Assembly (NCBI RefSeq): GCF_009914755.1
Contig: NC_060928.1
DNA: 64,000 nt
Strand: one strand, 5' to 3'
From: the human T2T-CHM13v2.0 reference genome, Homo sapiens
Position numbers and translations under genes: made by a program. Positions 1-15,365 of this stretch are shown here, in pieces (the stretch's first letter is position 1; every line of letters starts with the position of its first letter). The notes beneath the pieces were generated by a model. That model worked only from the letters and a program-made list of their open reading frames with translations. It searched no databases and was not told the origin of the DNA.

Positions 1-52
1 CCACTGCACTCCATTCCATTCCATTGCATTCAAATCCATTCTATTCCATTCC

Positions 53-115
53 TTTCTTTCAACAGGATTTCACTCTGTCACCCATGCTGGAGTGCAGTGG
101 CACAATCTCAGCTCA
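53..115 (-). mobile_element. Alu 3'-end fragment, type A (first copy)
   Basis: tttctttcaacaggatttcactctgtcacccatgctggagtgcagtggcacaatctcagctca. Confidence 0.9.
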
Positions 116-2414
116 TATTTCATTTCATCATTCCAATCTATTCCATTCCATTCCTTTCCATTCCATTGAATTCCATTCCACTACATTCCATTCCACTCCA
201 CTCCACTCCACTTCAATCAACTCCACTCCATTCCATTCCATTCATTTCCACTCCACTCTAATCCATTCCTCTCCACCCCACTCCACTAAAGCCCATTCAA
301 TTCCATCCAATTCCATACCACTCCTCTCCTCTCCCCACCACTCCACTCCCGTCCACTTCATTCCATTCGATTCCATCCCATTCCATTCCATTCGACTCCA
401 CTCCTCACCACTCCGCTCCACTCCATTTCATTCCATTGCTTTCCACTGCATTCCATTCCACTCCACTCCACTGCATACCATTCCATTCCTTTCCACTCCA
501 TTCCGTTCCATTCCTCACATTTGACAGGATGTCACTCTGTCACCCAGTCTGCACTGCAGTGACGGAATCTCCGCTTACATTTCATTTCACTATTCCATTC
601 CATTCCATTCCTCTCCACTCCACTCCACTCCATTCCGTTCCATTACATTCCACTCCTTTCCACTCCAGTCCATTCTATTCCACTCGACTCCACTCCATTC
701 CATTCCATCCCTTTCCATTACACTGCAGTCCACTCCACACCACTCCACTCACTGCACTCCATTCCATTCCACTCCATCCCATTCCATTCCACTCCATTCC
801 ACTCCACACCACTGCACTCCACCCAGCTCCACTCCACTCCATTCCATTCCATTCCTTTCTTTCGACAGCATCTCAACCTCTCAACCAGACTGGCAGGCAG
901 TGGCACAAACTCAGCTCACATTTCCTTTCACCACTCCATTCCATTCTATTCCATTCCATTCCATTCCATTCCACTGCATTCCATTCCATTCCTTTCCATT
1001 CCGTTCCATTTCACTCCACTCCATTCCACTCTACTCCACTCCAATCCACTCCACTCCTCTTCACTCCATGGCATTCAATTCCATTCCACTCCATTCCACT
1101 CTACACCACTCCAATCCACTACTTGGCACTCCACTCCATGCCATTCCTTTCCATCACATTCCATTACACTGCATTCCACTAGAATCCACTCCTCCCCACT
1201 TCACTCCTTTCCATTCCATACAATTCCACTCTATTCCATTCCTTTCTTTCCACACGATCTCACTCTGCCACAAAGGCTGGCGTGCAGTGGCACAATCTCA
1301 GCTCAAATTTCTTTCCACCATTCACTTGCATTCCATTCCATCCCATTCTATTTCACTCCAGTCCCCTCCACTCCATTCAATTTCACTCCATCCCATTCCA
1401 TTCCATTCCATTTCACTCCAATCCACTCCACTCCACTCCACTCCACTCCCCTCCACTCCATTACTTTCCATTCCATTCCATTTCACTCTGTTGCATTCCA
1501 TTCCTTTCTTTCGACAAGATATCACTGTGTCACCCAGGATGCAGTGCAGTGGCACAATCTCAGCTCACATTACATGTCAACTTTCCATTGCATTGCATTC
1601 CAAAACATTCAATTCCATTCCAATTTATTCCATTCAATTCCTTTCATTTCAATTCCATTCCACTTCGTTCCACTCCACTCCACTCCACTACATTCTATTA
1701 CATCCAATTCCATTCCACTCAATTCCACTCCTCTCCACTCCGTTGCACTCCACTCCTTTCCACCCCATTCCACTCCATTCCACTGCACTCCACTCCACCC
1801 CACTCCACTCCACTTCCTTCCATTCCATTCCATTCTATTCCATTCCTCGCCATTCCACTCCATTCCATTTCACTCCACTCCACTCCACTCCAGTCCACTC
1901 CATTCCATTCCATTCCACTGCATTCCATTCCATTCCTTTCTTTCGAGAGTATATCACTGTGTGACCTAGCCTGGAGCACTGTGGCACAATCTCAGCTCAC
2001 ATTTCATTTCTCCATTCCATTCCATTTCACTCCACTCCACTCCATTCCATTCCACTCCACTCCACTCCATTCCACTCCACTCCACTCCAATCCATGACAC
2101 TCCACTCCACTCCTCTCCATTCCAGTCCACTCCAATCCTTTCCATTCCATCCCTTTCCATTCCACACCTTTCCACTCCAATCAACTCCACTCCACTCCAT
2201 TCCATTCCATTCCATTCCAATCCATTCCATTCCATTCCTTTCTTTTGACAGGATTTCACTCTGTCACCCAGGCTGGTGTGCAGTAGTACAATAACAGCTC
2301 ACATTTCATTTCACCATTTCATTCCATTCCACTTCACTCCACTCCACTCAATTCCACTCCACTCCACTTCAATCCATTCCGTTCCATTCCATTCCAGTGC
2401 CTTCAATTCCACTC

Positions 2415-2479
2415 CTTTCTTTCGACAGGATCTCCCTCTGTCACACGGGCTGTAGCGCAGTGGCACAATCTCAGCACAC
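2415..2479 (-). mobile_element. Alu 3'-end fragment, type B copy inside Domain I
   Basis: tttctttcgacaggatctccctctgtcacacgggctgtagcgcagtggcacaatctcagcacac; carries the CCCTCT/CACAC/CTGTAG type B diagnostics. Confidence 0.85.
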
Positions 2480-3030
2480 ATTTCTTTTCACCATTCCATT
2501 GCATTCCATTACATTCCATTCAATTCCACTCCATTCTCCTCCACTCCTTTCCACTCGACTCCACTCTATTCCATTCCACTCTTCTCCGATCCAATCCATT
2601 TCATACCATCCAATTCCATGCCACTCCTTTCCTCTCCAATCCAATACATTGCATTCCATTCCACTCCATTCCATTCCAATATTTTCTTTCGACAGGATCT
2701 CACTGTGTCACCGAGGCTGGAGTGCAGTGGCACAATCTCAGCTCACATTTAATTTCACCATTCCATTCTATTCCATTCTATTCCATTCCATTCACCTCCA
2801 TTCCTTTCTATTCCACTCCACTCCACTCCACTCCATTGTATTCCATTCTACTAAATTCCATTGCATTCCTTTATTTTGAATGGATCTCACACTGTCATCC
2901 AGACTGGAGTGCAGTGGAAAAATCTTAGCTCACATTTCATTTCTCCATTCCATTCCATTCCATTCCATTCCATTGCATTCCATTCCATTCCATTCCATTC
3001 CATTCCATTCCACTCCATTCCACTCCATTC

Positions 3031-3130
3031 CACTATACTCCACTCCACTCCACTATACTCCACTCCACTCCACTATACTCCACTCCACTCCACTGTACTC
3101 CACTCTACTCCACTATACTCCACTCCACTC
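3031..3130 (+). repeat. 20-bp tandem repeat (CACTATACTCCACTCCACTC) x5
   Basis: Units at 3031, 3051, 3071, 3091 (variant) and 3111. Confidence 0.85.
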
Positions 3131-5430
3131 GACGCCACTCTACTCCACTCCATTCCATTCCATTCCTCCCCACTCCACTCAACTCCCTTCCACTCCACTC
3201 CTCCCCATTCCATTCCATTCCATCCCTTTCCATTCCACTCAATTCCACTCCACTCCACTCCATTCCATTCTACTCCATCACATTCCGTTCCACTCTATTC
3301 CACTCCACTCCATCCACTGCATTCCATTCCATTTCATTCCACTCCATTCCATTCAATTCCTTTCTTTCGAGAAGATCTCACTCTGTCACCAAGGCTGGAG
3401 TGCGGTAGCACAATAACACCTCACGTTTCATTTCACCATTGCATTCAATTTCATTCCATTCCATTCCATTCAACTCCACTCCACTCCATTCCTTTCCATT
3501 CTACTCCATTTCACTCCACTCCACTCAACTCCATCCCATTCCTTTCCACCCCACTCCACTCCACTCCATTCCATTCCATTCCATCCCATTCCATTCCAGT
3601 CCCTTCCACTCTACTCAACTCCATTCCACTCCAGTCCAGTCCATTACACTCCATTTCATTACATCCCATTCCATTCAACTCCATTCCACTCCACCCCACT
3701 CCATTCTATTCCATTCCCTCCTTTCCATTCCATTCCATTCCTTTCCATTCCATTCCATTCCATTGCATTCCACTCTAATCCATTCCATTGCTTTCTTTCG
3801 ACAGGATCTCACTCTGTCACCCAGGATGGAGTGCAGAGGCACAATCTCAGCTCAGATTTCATTTCACCATTCTATTCCACTCTATTCCACTCCATTCCAT
3901 TCCATTCCATTCCAGTCCACTCCTCTCCACTCCACCCCACTCCACTCCACTCCATTCCATTCCATTGCATTCTACTCTACTCCTCTCCACTCTATTCCAT
4001 TCCATCCCTTTCCATTCCACTCCATTGCATTCCACTTCACTCCACTCTGCTCCACCCCATTCCATTCCACTCCTTCCCATCTCATTTTATTCCAGTCCAT
4101 TCCACTCTACTCCACTCCACTGCATTCTAATCCATTCCATTCCAGTCCATTCCACTCCACTCCACTCCACTCCACTGCATTCTACTCCATTCCATTCCAC
4201 TCCAATCCGTTCTATTCCTTTCTGTCGACATGATCTCACTCCATCACCCAGGATGGAGTTAAGCACCATAATCTCAGCTATCATTTCATTTCACGATTCC
4301 ATCCCATTCCATTCCACTCCATTCCATTCCATTCCATTACATTACATCCCTTCCAATTCCACTGCATTCCACTCCACTCCAATGAACTCCTCTGCACTCA
4401 ACTACATTCCCCTCCATTCCATTCCATTGCAATCGATTCCACTCCACTCCACTCCATTCCATCCCATTGAATTCCACTCGATTCCACTTCACTCCACTCC
4501 ACACCACTCCTCACCCCTCCTTTACATTCCACTCCACCCCATTCCATTCCACTGCACTCCACTCGACTCCAGTCAAATCCAGTCCACTCCACTCAGCTCC
4601 ACTCCACTCCACTCCATTCCATTCCATTCAACTCCATTCAATTCCATTCCTTTCTTTCGACAAGGTCTCATTCTGTCACCCAGCCTGGGGTGCAGTGGCA
4701 CTATATCCGCTAGCATTTCATTTCACATTCCTTTCCATTGCATTCCATTCCATTGCATTCAATTGCATTATGTTCCTTTAAGTTCCATTCCATCCCATTC
4801 CATTCCACTCCTACACACTCCAGTCCACTTCACTCCACTGCACTCCATTCCATTCCTTTCAATTCCATTCCTTTCAATTCCATTCCACTCCTCTCCACTC
4901 TACTCTGCTCCATTCCATTCCATTCCATCCCATTCAATTTCACTATACTGCACTCCACTCTACTGCACTCCACTCCACTCCATTCCATTCCATTCCATTC
5001 CATTCCATTCCATTCCATTCCATTCCGTTCCATTCCACTCCTTTCCATTCCATTCCTTTCCTTCGACCGGATCTCACTGTTTCTCCCAGGCTGGAGTGCA
5101 GTGGCACAATCTCAGCTCATATTTCATTTCATCATTCCATTCTATTCCATTCCTTTCCTTTCCATTCCATTCTATTCCATTACACTCCACACCAATCCAC
5201 TCTACTCCACTCCACTCCATTCCATTCCACTCCATTCCATTCCATTCCATTCCACTCTATTCCACTCTTCTTCACCCCAATGCACTCCACTCCATTCCAT
5301 TTCATCCAATACCATTCTTTCCACTCCTCGTCCCTTCTCTACATTCCACTCCGTTCCACTTCGTTCCATTCAATTCCTTCCAATTCCGTTCAATTCCACT
5401 CCACTCCATTCCGCTCTGCTCCTCTCCTCT

Positions 5431-5512
5431 CCATTCCATTCCATTCCATTCCATTCCATTCCATTCCATTCCATTCCATTCCATTCCATTCCATTCCATT
5501 CCATTCCATTCC
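5431..5512 (+). repeat. Perfect (CCATT)16 tract
   Basis: Uninterrupted ccatt run; shorter pure runs near 9491, 47613, 53296 and 58650. Confidence 0.9.
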
Positions 5513-8500
5513 TTTCCTTTCCTTTCCATTCCACTCTATTCCATTCCATTCCTTATATTCGACAGGATCTCACTCTGTCACACAGTCTGGAGTGCAGTGG
5601 CAGAATCTGAGGTCACATTTCATTTCACTATTCCATTCCATTCCATTCCATTCCATTCCATTCCATTCCATTCCATTCCATTCCACTTCACCCCTCTCCA
5701 CTGCACTCCACTCCACTTCATTCCATTCCATTCCACTACATTCCACTCCAGTCCACTCCATTCAACTCCACTCTACTTTATTCCATTCCATCGCATTCCA
5801 TTCCACTCCATCCCACTCCACTCCACTCCACTCCACCGCACTCCATTCCATTCCATTCCATCCCATTCCATTGCACTCCATTGAACTCCAAACCACTCCA
5901 CTACACTCCACCCCATTCCATTCCATTCCTTTCTTTCGACAGGATCTCTCTCTGTCACCCAGGCTGGCGTTAAGTGGCACAAACTCAGCTCACATTTCAT
6001 TTTACCATTCCATTCCATTCCATTGCATTCCATTCCATTCCATTGCATTCCATTCCATTCCATTCCATTCCACCCTACTACACTCCAATCCACTCCACTA
6101 CACTCCAATCCACTATGCTCCATTCCACTCAACTCCATGCCATTCCTTTCCATCCCATTTAATTCCACTCCATTCCTCTCTACTCCACTCCAATTCACTC
6201 CACTCCACTCCACTCCATGTCATTCCATTGCATCCCATTCCATTCCACTCCTTTCCACTCGACTGCACTGCACTCCACTCCAATCCAGCCCACTCCAATC
6301 CATTCCACTCCATTCTATTCCACTCCACTTTATGCCATCCCTTTCTTTTGATGGGATCTCACTGTGTCAAAAAAGGCTGGAATACAATTGCACAATCTCA
6401 TCTCACATTTCATTTCACCATTACATTGCATTCCATTCCCTTCCATTCCACTCCACTCCATTCCACTGCACTCCACTCCAGTCCATTCCACTACACTCTA
6501 ATCAACTCCACTCCACACCACTACACTCCATTCCACTCCAGTCCACTCTATTCCATTCCATCCCATTTCTTTTCACTCCATTCTTCTCCACTCCACTCCA
6601 TTCCATTCCATTCCATTCCACTCCATCCCATTCAATTCCACTCCATTCCAATCCACTACACTCCACTCCATTCCATTCCATTCCATTTCACTCCATTCCA
6701 TTCCATTCCTTTTCACTCCATTCCATTCCATTCCTTTTCACTCCATTCCATTCCATTCCTTTCTTTCGACAGGATCTCTGTCACCCAGACCTGGATGTAG
6801 TGGCACTATCTCAGTTTACATTTAATTTCACCATTCGATTCCATTCCATTGCATCCCATTCCATTGCATTCCATTGCACTCCATTGCATTCCATTCCATT
6901 CCATTCAATACCATTCCATCGTGTTCCATTCCACTCCAGTGAACTCCACTCCTCTGCATTCCATTCCATTCCATTCCATTCCACTCCACTCCACTCCACT
7001 TCACTTCACTCCATTCCATTCTATCCCATTTCATTCCAATGTACTCCAATGTACTCCACTTCTCTCCACTCCACTCAATTCCGTTTCATTCATTCCACTC
7101 CTTTCCATTCCATTCCTTTCTTTCAACAGGATTTCACTCTGTCACACATGTTGGAGTGCAGTGGAACAATCTCAGCTGATATTTCATTTCACCATTCCAT
7201 TCTATTCTATTCCATTCCTTTCCATTCCGTTCAATCCATTTCCACTACATTCCATTCCACTCCACTCCACTCCACTGCACTCTATTCCATTTCATTGCAT
7301 GCCATTCCACTCCACTCCTCTCCACGTCACTCCACTCCAATCCATTCAATTCCATCCAATTTCATTCTACTTCACTACACTTCCCACCACTCCTCTCCAC
7401 TAAACTCCACTTCATTCCAATCGATTCCATCCCACTCCATTCCATTCCACTTCACTCCTCTCCACTCCGCTACACTCCATTCCATTCCTTTCCACTCCAT
7501 TCAATTCCACTCCACTCCACTCCACTTCACTCCATTCCACTCCATGCCACTGTTTTCCATTCCATTCTATTCCATTCCATTCCATTCCATTCCATTCCAT
7601 TCCATTCCATTCCATTCCACTCTGCTTCACTCCAATCCACTCCACTCCACTCCACTCCATTCCATTCCATCCCATTGCATTCCACTATACTGCACTCCAC
7701 TCCACTCCACTCCACTCCACTGCACTCCATTCCATTCTCTTCCACTCCATTCCATTCCACTCCTTCCCATTCCATTCCTTTCTTTCAATAGGATTTCACT
7801 CTGTCACCCACGGTGGAGTGCAGTGGTACAATCTCAACTCATATTCCATTTCATCATTCCATTCTATTCCATTCCATTCCTTTCCATTCCATTCAATTCC
7901 ATTCCACTACCTTCCATTCCACTCTACTGCACTCCACTCCACTCGACCCCATTCCTTTCCATTCCACTCCGCTATACTCCACTCCTCTCCACTCCACTCC
8001 ATTCAATTCCATACCACTCCACTCCTCTCCCCACCATTCCACTCTACTCCCATCAATTTCATTCCATTCTTTTCCATCCCCTTCCATTCCATTCCACTCT
8101 GCTCCCCTCTACTCCCCTACACTCCATTCCATTCAATTTCTTTCCAGTCCATTTCATTCCACTCAACTCCACTCCACTACATTCCATTCCATTCCATTCC
8201 ACTTCTTTCCCTTCCATTCCTTACATTCGACAGGATGTCACTCTGTCACCCAGTCTGGAGTGCAGTGGTAGAATCTCAGCTTACATTTCATTTCACTATT
8301 CCATTCCATTCCATTCGATTCCATTCCAGTCCACTCCACTCCACTCCACTGAAATCCAATCCACTCCATTGCATTCCATTCCATTCCACTCCATTCCATT
8401 CCAGTGAACTCCATTCCCTCCACTCCACTCCATTCCATTCCTTCCCATTCCATTCCACTCAATTCCACTCCAGTCCACTTGACTCCACTGCACTCCATTG

Positions 8501-9595
8501 CAATCCACTGCATGGCATTCCAATCCACTCTATTCCACTACACACCACTCCACTCCACTCTGCTCCACTTCAGTGAATTCCATTCCATTCCTTTCTTTTG
8601 ACAGCATCTCACTCTGTTACCCAGGCTGGCATGCAGTGGCACTAACTAGGCTCACATTTCATTTCACCATTCCATTTCATTTTATTCCATTGCATTCCAT
8701 TCCATTGCATTCCATTGCATTCCATTCCATTCCATTCCACTCAACTGCTTTCCACTCTACTGCACTCCAATCCAGTCTACTCCACTCCACTCCATGATAT
8801 TCCATTCCATCCCATTTCTTTCCACTCCATTCCACTCTACTCCACTTCAATCCACTCCACTGCACTCCATGACATTCCATTCCATCCCATTCCATTCCAG
8901 TTGACTCCACTGCACTCCACACCACTCCACTCCACTTCACTCCATTATATTATACTCTATTCCTTTCCATTACTTTCTTTCCACAGGATCTCACTCTGTC
9001 ACAAAGCATGGAGTGCAGTGGCACAATCTCAGCTCACTTTTCATTTCACCGTTCCATTGCATTCCTTTCCATTCCATTCGATTCCACCCTATTTCACTCC
9101 ACTCAACTCCACTCCATTCCATTCCACTGCTTCCCATTCCATTCGACTCCATTTCACTCCGCTCCACTCCACTCTCCTCCACTCCATTCCATCCCATTAC
9201 ATTACTTTTCACTCCATTGCATTGCATTCCTTTCTTTCACAGGATATCACTCTGTCACACAGGCTGGAGTGCAGTGGCACAATCTCAGCTAACATTACAT
9301 GTCAACTTTCCTTTGCATTGCAATCTATTCCATTGCAGTCCATTGTATTCCATTCCACTCCACTCCACTCCATTCCACTACATCCCATTTCTTTCTGCTC
9401 CATTCCACTGCATTCCACTCCACCCCTCTCCACTCCTCTTCACTCCACTGTACTCCAGTCCACTCCATTCCATTCCAATCCATTGCTTTCCATTCCATTC
9501 CATTCCATTCCATTCCATTCCATTCCATTCCATTCCATTCCATTCCATATGATTCCATTCCATTCCATTCCATTCCACTGTCTTCCATTCCATTA

Positions 9596-9660
9596 TTTTA
9601 TTTTGAGAGTATCTCACTCTGTCACCCAGCCTGGAGTGCAGTGGCACAATCTCAGCTCAC
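9596..9660 (-). mobile_element. Alu 3'-end fragment with T-rich (antisense poly-A) start
   Basis: ttttattttgagagtatctcactctgtcacccagcctggagtgcagtggcacaatctcagctcac, close to antisense Alu TTTTTTGAGACAGGGTCTC... Confidence 0.9.
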
Positions 9661-10104
9661 ATTTCATTTCACTATTCCATTGATTCTTTTCTATTCCATT
9701 CCATTCCATTCCATTCCATTCCACTCCACTCCACTCTACTCCACTCCAATCCATTCCACTCCACTCCACTCCACTCCAATCCGGTCCACTCCACTCTACT
9801 CCACTCCATGCCAGTCCACTCCACTCCTTTCCATGCCATCCAATTCCATTCCAATCATTTCCACTCCACTCCACTCCATTCAACTCCATTCCATTCCTTT
9901 CCTTTCCATTCCATTCCATTCCATTCTAAATCCATTCCTTTCCATTCCTTTCTTTTGACAGGATCTTACTCTGTCACCCATGCTGGAGTGCAGTGCACAA
10001 TCTCAGCTCACATTTCATTTCACCATTCCATTCCATTCCATTCCATGCCATTCCATTCCACTGCACTCCACTCCACTCCATTCCAATCCACTCTGCTCCT
10101 ATCC

Positions 10105-10985
10105 ATTCTATTCCATTCCATTCCAATCCCTTTCATTCCACTCCTTTCTTTCGACAGGATCTCCCTCTCTCACACAGCCTGTAGTGCTGTGGCACAATCT
10201 CAACACATATTTCTTTTCACCATTACATTCCATTCCAATCCATTCCACTCCATTCCATTCCATTCCATTCCACTCCACTCCTCTCCATTCCTTTCCACTC
10301 CACTCCACTCCATTCCGTTCCACTCTACTTCTCTCCATTTCATTCCATCCCATTCCATTCCCCTCCTTTCCAAACCACTCCACTCTATTCCATTCCATTG
10401 CACTCCATTCCATTCCAATATATTCTTTCAACAGGATCTCACTCTGTCACCCAGGCTCGAGTGCAGTGCCACACTGTCAGCTCACATTTCATTTCCCCAT
10501 TCCCTTCCCTTCCATTCCATTCCCTTCCATTCCATTACATTCCATTCGTTTCCATTCCATTCCAATCCCTTCCATTCCACTCCTTTCTTTCGACAGGATC
10601 TCCCTCTGTCACACAGCCTGTAGCACAGTGGCACAATCTCAACACATATTTCTTTTCAGCATTCCATTCGATTCGATTCCATTCCATTCCATTCCAATCC
10701 ACTCCTCTCCATTCCTTTCCACTCAACTCCACTCCACTCCATTCCGTTGCACTATACTCCACTCCAGTCCACTCCATTTCATTCCATCACATTCCATCCC
10801 ACTCCTTTCCACTCCACTTTACTCTATTCCATTACATTACACTCCATTCCATTCCAATATTTTCTTTCGACAGGATCTCACTCTGTCACCCAGGCTGGAG
10901 TGCAGTGCCACAATGTCAGGTCACATTTCATTTCCCCATTCCCTTCCCTTCCATTCCCTACCCTTCCCTTCCATTCCATTCCATT
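10105..10985 (+). repeat. Tandem duplication, ~439-bp unit carrying one type B and one type A fragment
   Basis: Fragments at 10145/10584 share cacacagcctgtag..caacacatatttcttttca; 10423/10861 share gcagtgccaca..tgtcag..tttccccattcccttcccttcc. Confidence 0.85.
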
Positions 10986-13900
10986 CCGTTCCATTCCATT
11001 CCACTCCACTCCACTCCACTCCATTCTATTCCATTCTTTTCCACTCGATTCCATTCCAATATTTTCTTTCAATAGGATCTCACTCTGTCACCCAAAATGG
11101 AGTGCAATTACAAAATCCCAGCTCATATTTCATTTCACCATTCCATTCCATTCCCCTAAATTCCATTCCACTCCACTCCACTCAACTTCACTCCACGCCA
11201 CTCCACTCCACTCCACGCCACTCCAGCCATTCCATTCTACTCCATTCCATTCCATTCCTTTATTTCGAAATGGATCTCACTCTGTAACCCAGACTGGAGT
11301 GCAGTGGCACAAACTTAGATCACATTTAATGTCTCCATTCCATTCCATTCCATTAAACCCCATTCCATTGCATTCCATTCCATTCCACCCCATTCCATTC
11401 CAGTCCCTCCTTTCGACGGGATATCACTGTTTCAAAAAAGGCTGGAATACAGGGGCACAATCTCAGCTCACATTTCATTTCACCATTCCATTGTATTCCT
11501 TTCCTTTCCATTCCATTCCATCAGACTACACTCAATTCCACTCCACTCCACTCCCTTCCCCTCCCCCATTCCATTCCATACCATTCCATTCCATTGCATT
11601 CCACTGCATTCCACTCCACTCCAATCAACTCCACTCCACTCCACTTCACTCCAATCCACTCCACTCCATTCCATTCCATCCCATTCCATTTCACTCCATT
11701 TCTCTCCACTCCACTCCCATCCACTCCACTCACCTCCACTCCATTACTTCCACTCCATCCCATTCCATTCCACTCCTTTCTATTCCATTCCACTCCACTG
11801 CACTCCACTCCATTCCATTTCATTCCATTCCATTCCATTTCACTCCATTCCGTTCCATTCCTCTCTTTTGAGAGGATCTCACTCTGTCACCCAGGCTGGA
11901 GTGCAGTGACAGTATCTCAGATCACATTTCATTTCACCATTGCATTCCATTCCATTGCATTGCATTCCATTCCATTCCATTCCATTGCAATGCATTCAAT
12001 TCCATTCCGTCCCATTCCATTCAACTCCTGCGAACTCCACTCCACTCCACTCCACTGCATTCCATTCCACTCCATTCCATTCCATTCAATACCATACCAT
12101 ACCGTTCCATTCCACTCCACTCCACTCCAATCCATCCCATTCCGTCACATTCCATCCCATTCCATTCCACTCCATTCTACTATAATCCACTCCACTCCAC
12201 TCCATTCCATTCCATTCTACACCTGTCCATTCCATTCCTTTCTTTCGACAGTATTTCACCCTGTCACACTAGCTGGAGTGCAGTGTTACAGTCTCAGCTC
12301 ATATTTCATTTCATCATTCCATTCTATTCCGTTACATTCCTCTCCATTCCATTCGTTTCCATTCCACTATATTCCATTCCACTGCACTGCACTCCACTCC
12401 ACTCCACTCCACTCCACTCATCTCCACTCCATTCAATTTCGTTCCATTCCACTCCACTCTACTCCACTCCTCCCCATCCCACTCCACTCCACTATATTCT
12501 ATTCCATCCAATCCATACCATTCCACTCCACCCCAACACTCCACTCCACTCCCCTCCATTTCATTCCATTGGATTCCATCCCATTCCATTCCACTCCACT
12601 CCCATCCACTCCTCTCCACTCCCTTCCATTCCATTCCTCTCCACTCCATTCCACTCCATTCCACTCCTATCCACTCCACTACATTCCATTCCATTCCACT
12701 CCACTCCATTCCATTCCTTAAATTCGACAGGATGTCACTCTGTCACCCATTCTGGAGTACAGTGGCAGAATCTCAGCTTACATTTCATTTCGCTAATCCA
12801 TTCCATTCCATTCCATTACACTCCACTCCACTCCACTGCAATCCACTCTACTCCACTCCTTTCCATTCCATTCCACTCCAGTCCATTCCATTCCATTCCA
12901 TTCCACTCGACTCCACTCCACTCTCTGCCACTCCATTCCACTGCATTCCATTCCATTACAGTCCATCCCATTCCATTCCACTCCACACCACTCCATTCCA
13001 CACCGCTCCACTCCACTCCATTCCATTCCATTTCTTCTTTCGACAGCATCTCACTCTGTCACCCAGGCTGGCGTGCAGTGGCACAAATTCAGCTCACATT
13101 TCATTTCACCATTCCATTCCATTCTATTCCATTGCATTCCATTCCTTTGCATTCCATTCCATTGCATTCCATTCCATTCTATTCCACTCCATTCTATTCC
13201 ACTCGACTCCATTCCACTCTCTGCCACTCCAGTCCTCTCCACTCCACTGCACTCGATGGCATTCCATTCCATCCCATTTCATTCCACTCCATTCCACTCT
13301 ACTCCACTCCAATCCACTCCACTCCACCATAATCCTTGCTATTCCATTCCATCACATTCAATTCCACTCCATTCCACTCGACTGCAATCCACTCCCTTCC
13401 ATTCCATTCCATTCCCTTCCATTCCATTCCTCTTTATTCCATTCTATTCCTTTTTTTCCACAAGATCTCACTCTGTCACAAAGACTGGAATGCAGTGGCA
13501 CAATCTCAGCTCACATTTCTTTTCACCATTCCACTGTATTCCATTCTATCCCACTCCATTCCACTCTATTTCACTCCATCCCATTCCATTCGACTCCATT
13601 CCACTCGAATCCACTCCACTCCACTCCACTCCCCTCCATTCCATTCCATTTCACTCCATTGCATTCCATTCCTTTCTTTTGACAGGGTATCACTGTGTCA
13701 CTGAGGCTGGAGTACAGTGGCACAATCTCAGCTCACATTGCATGTCAACTTTCCATTTCATTGCATTCTATTCCATTGCATTCCATTGCATTCCATTCCA
13801 TTCCATTCCATTCCATTCAATTCAATTCAATTCCATCCCACTCCTTTCCACTCCACTCCACTACATTCCATTACATTCGTTTCCATTTCACTCCATTCCA

Positions 13901-15365
13901 CTCCTATTCACTCTACTGCGCTCCACTCCTCTCCACTACATCCACTCCATCCCATTCCATTCGGCTCCATTCCACTGCACTCCACTCCGCCCCACTCCAC
14001 TCCACTTCATTCCATTCCATTCCATCCCATTCCATTCCGCTCCATTCCACTTCAATCCACTTCACTCCACTCCACACCAATCCAGACGACTCCATTCCAT
14101 TCCATTCCATTCCATTCCATTCCATCCCATTGCATTCCATTCCACTCCACTCCACTCCACTGAATTCCACTCCACTCCACTCCATTCCACTCCACTCCAT
14201 TCCACTCCACTTCACTCCATTTCACTCCACTCCACTCCATTCCACTCCATTCCACTCCACTCCATTCCCCTCCACTAAACTCCACTCCCCTCTATCCCAT
14301 TCTACTCCTTTCTTTCTAAAGTATCTCTCTCTTTCACACAGGCTGTAGTGCAGTGGCACAATCTCAGCACCCATTCCGTTCCGTTCCATTCCGTTCCGTC
14401 CCGTTCCATTCCATTTCGCTCCACTTCACTCCACAGTACTACATTCCATTACATCCAATTCCATTTCACTACATTGCACTTCTCTCCACTTCACTGCACT
14501 CCATTCCACTCCATTCCATTCCTTTCCACTCCACTCTGCTCCACTCCACTTAATTCCATTCCATTCCATTCCAATCCATTCCACTCCACTCCACTCCACT
14601 CCATTCCATTCACTCCATTCCATTCCATTCCACTCCAGTCCATTCCACTCCACTCCATTCCATTCGACTCCACTCCATTCCACTCCACTCCATTCCATTC
14701 CACTCCACTCCAGTCCATTCCATTCCACTCCACTCCATTACATTCCACGCCACTCCATTCCACTCCACTCCGCTGCATTGCATTGCATTCCATTCCATTC
14801 CACTCCACTCCATTCCACTCCACACCACTCCACTCCACTCCATTCCACTCCACTGCACTCCTCTCCACTCCATTCCACTCCACTATACTCCACTCCATTC
14901 CACTCCACTCCATTCCACTCCACTCCATTCCACTCCACTCCACTCCATTCCATTCCACTTCTTTCCATTCCATTCCACTCCAGTCCATTCCACTCCACTT
15001 CATTCCATTCCACTCCACTCCAGTCCATTCCATTCCAGTCCACTCCATTCCACTCCACTCCAGTCCACTCCACTCCACTCCCTTCCACTCCACTCCACTC
15101 TGCTCCAACCCATTCGACGCCTATCTTTCGACAGGATCTGCCTCTGTCACACAGGCTGTAGCGCATTAGTACAATCTCAGCACCTGTTACATTCCTTTTC
15201 ATTCCATTCCATTCCAATGAATTCCACTCCACTCCACTGCACTCCACTCCATTCCGTTCCACTCTACTCCACTCCACTCCATTTCATTCCATCACATTCC
15301 ATCCCACTCCTTTCCACTCCACTTTACTCTATTCCATTACATTGCACTCCATTCCATTCCAATAT

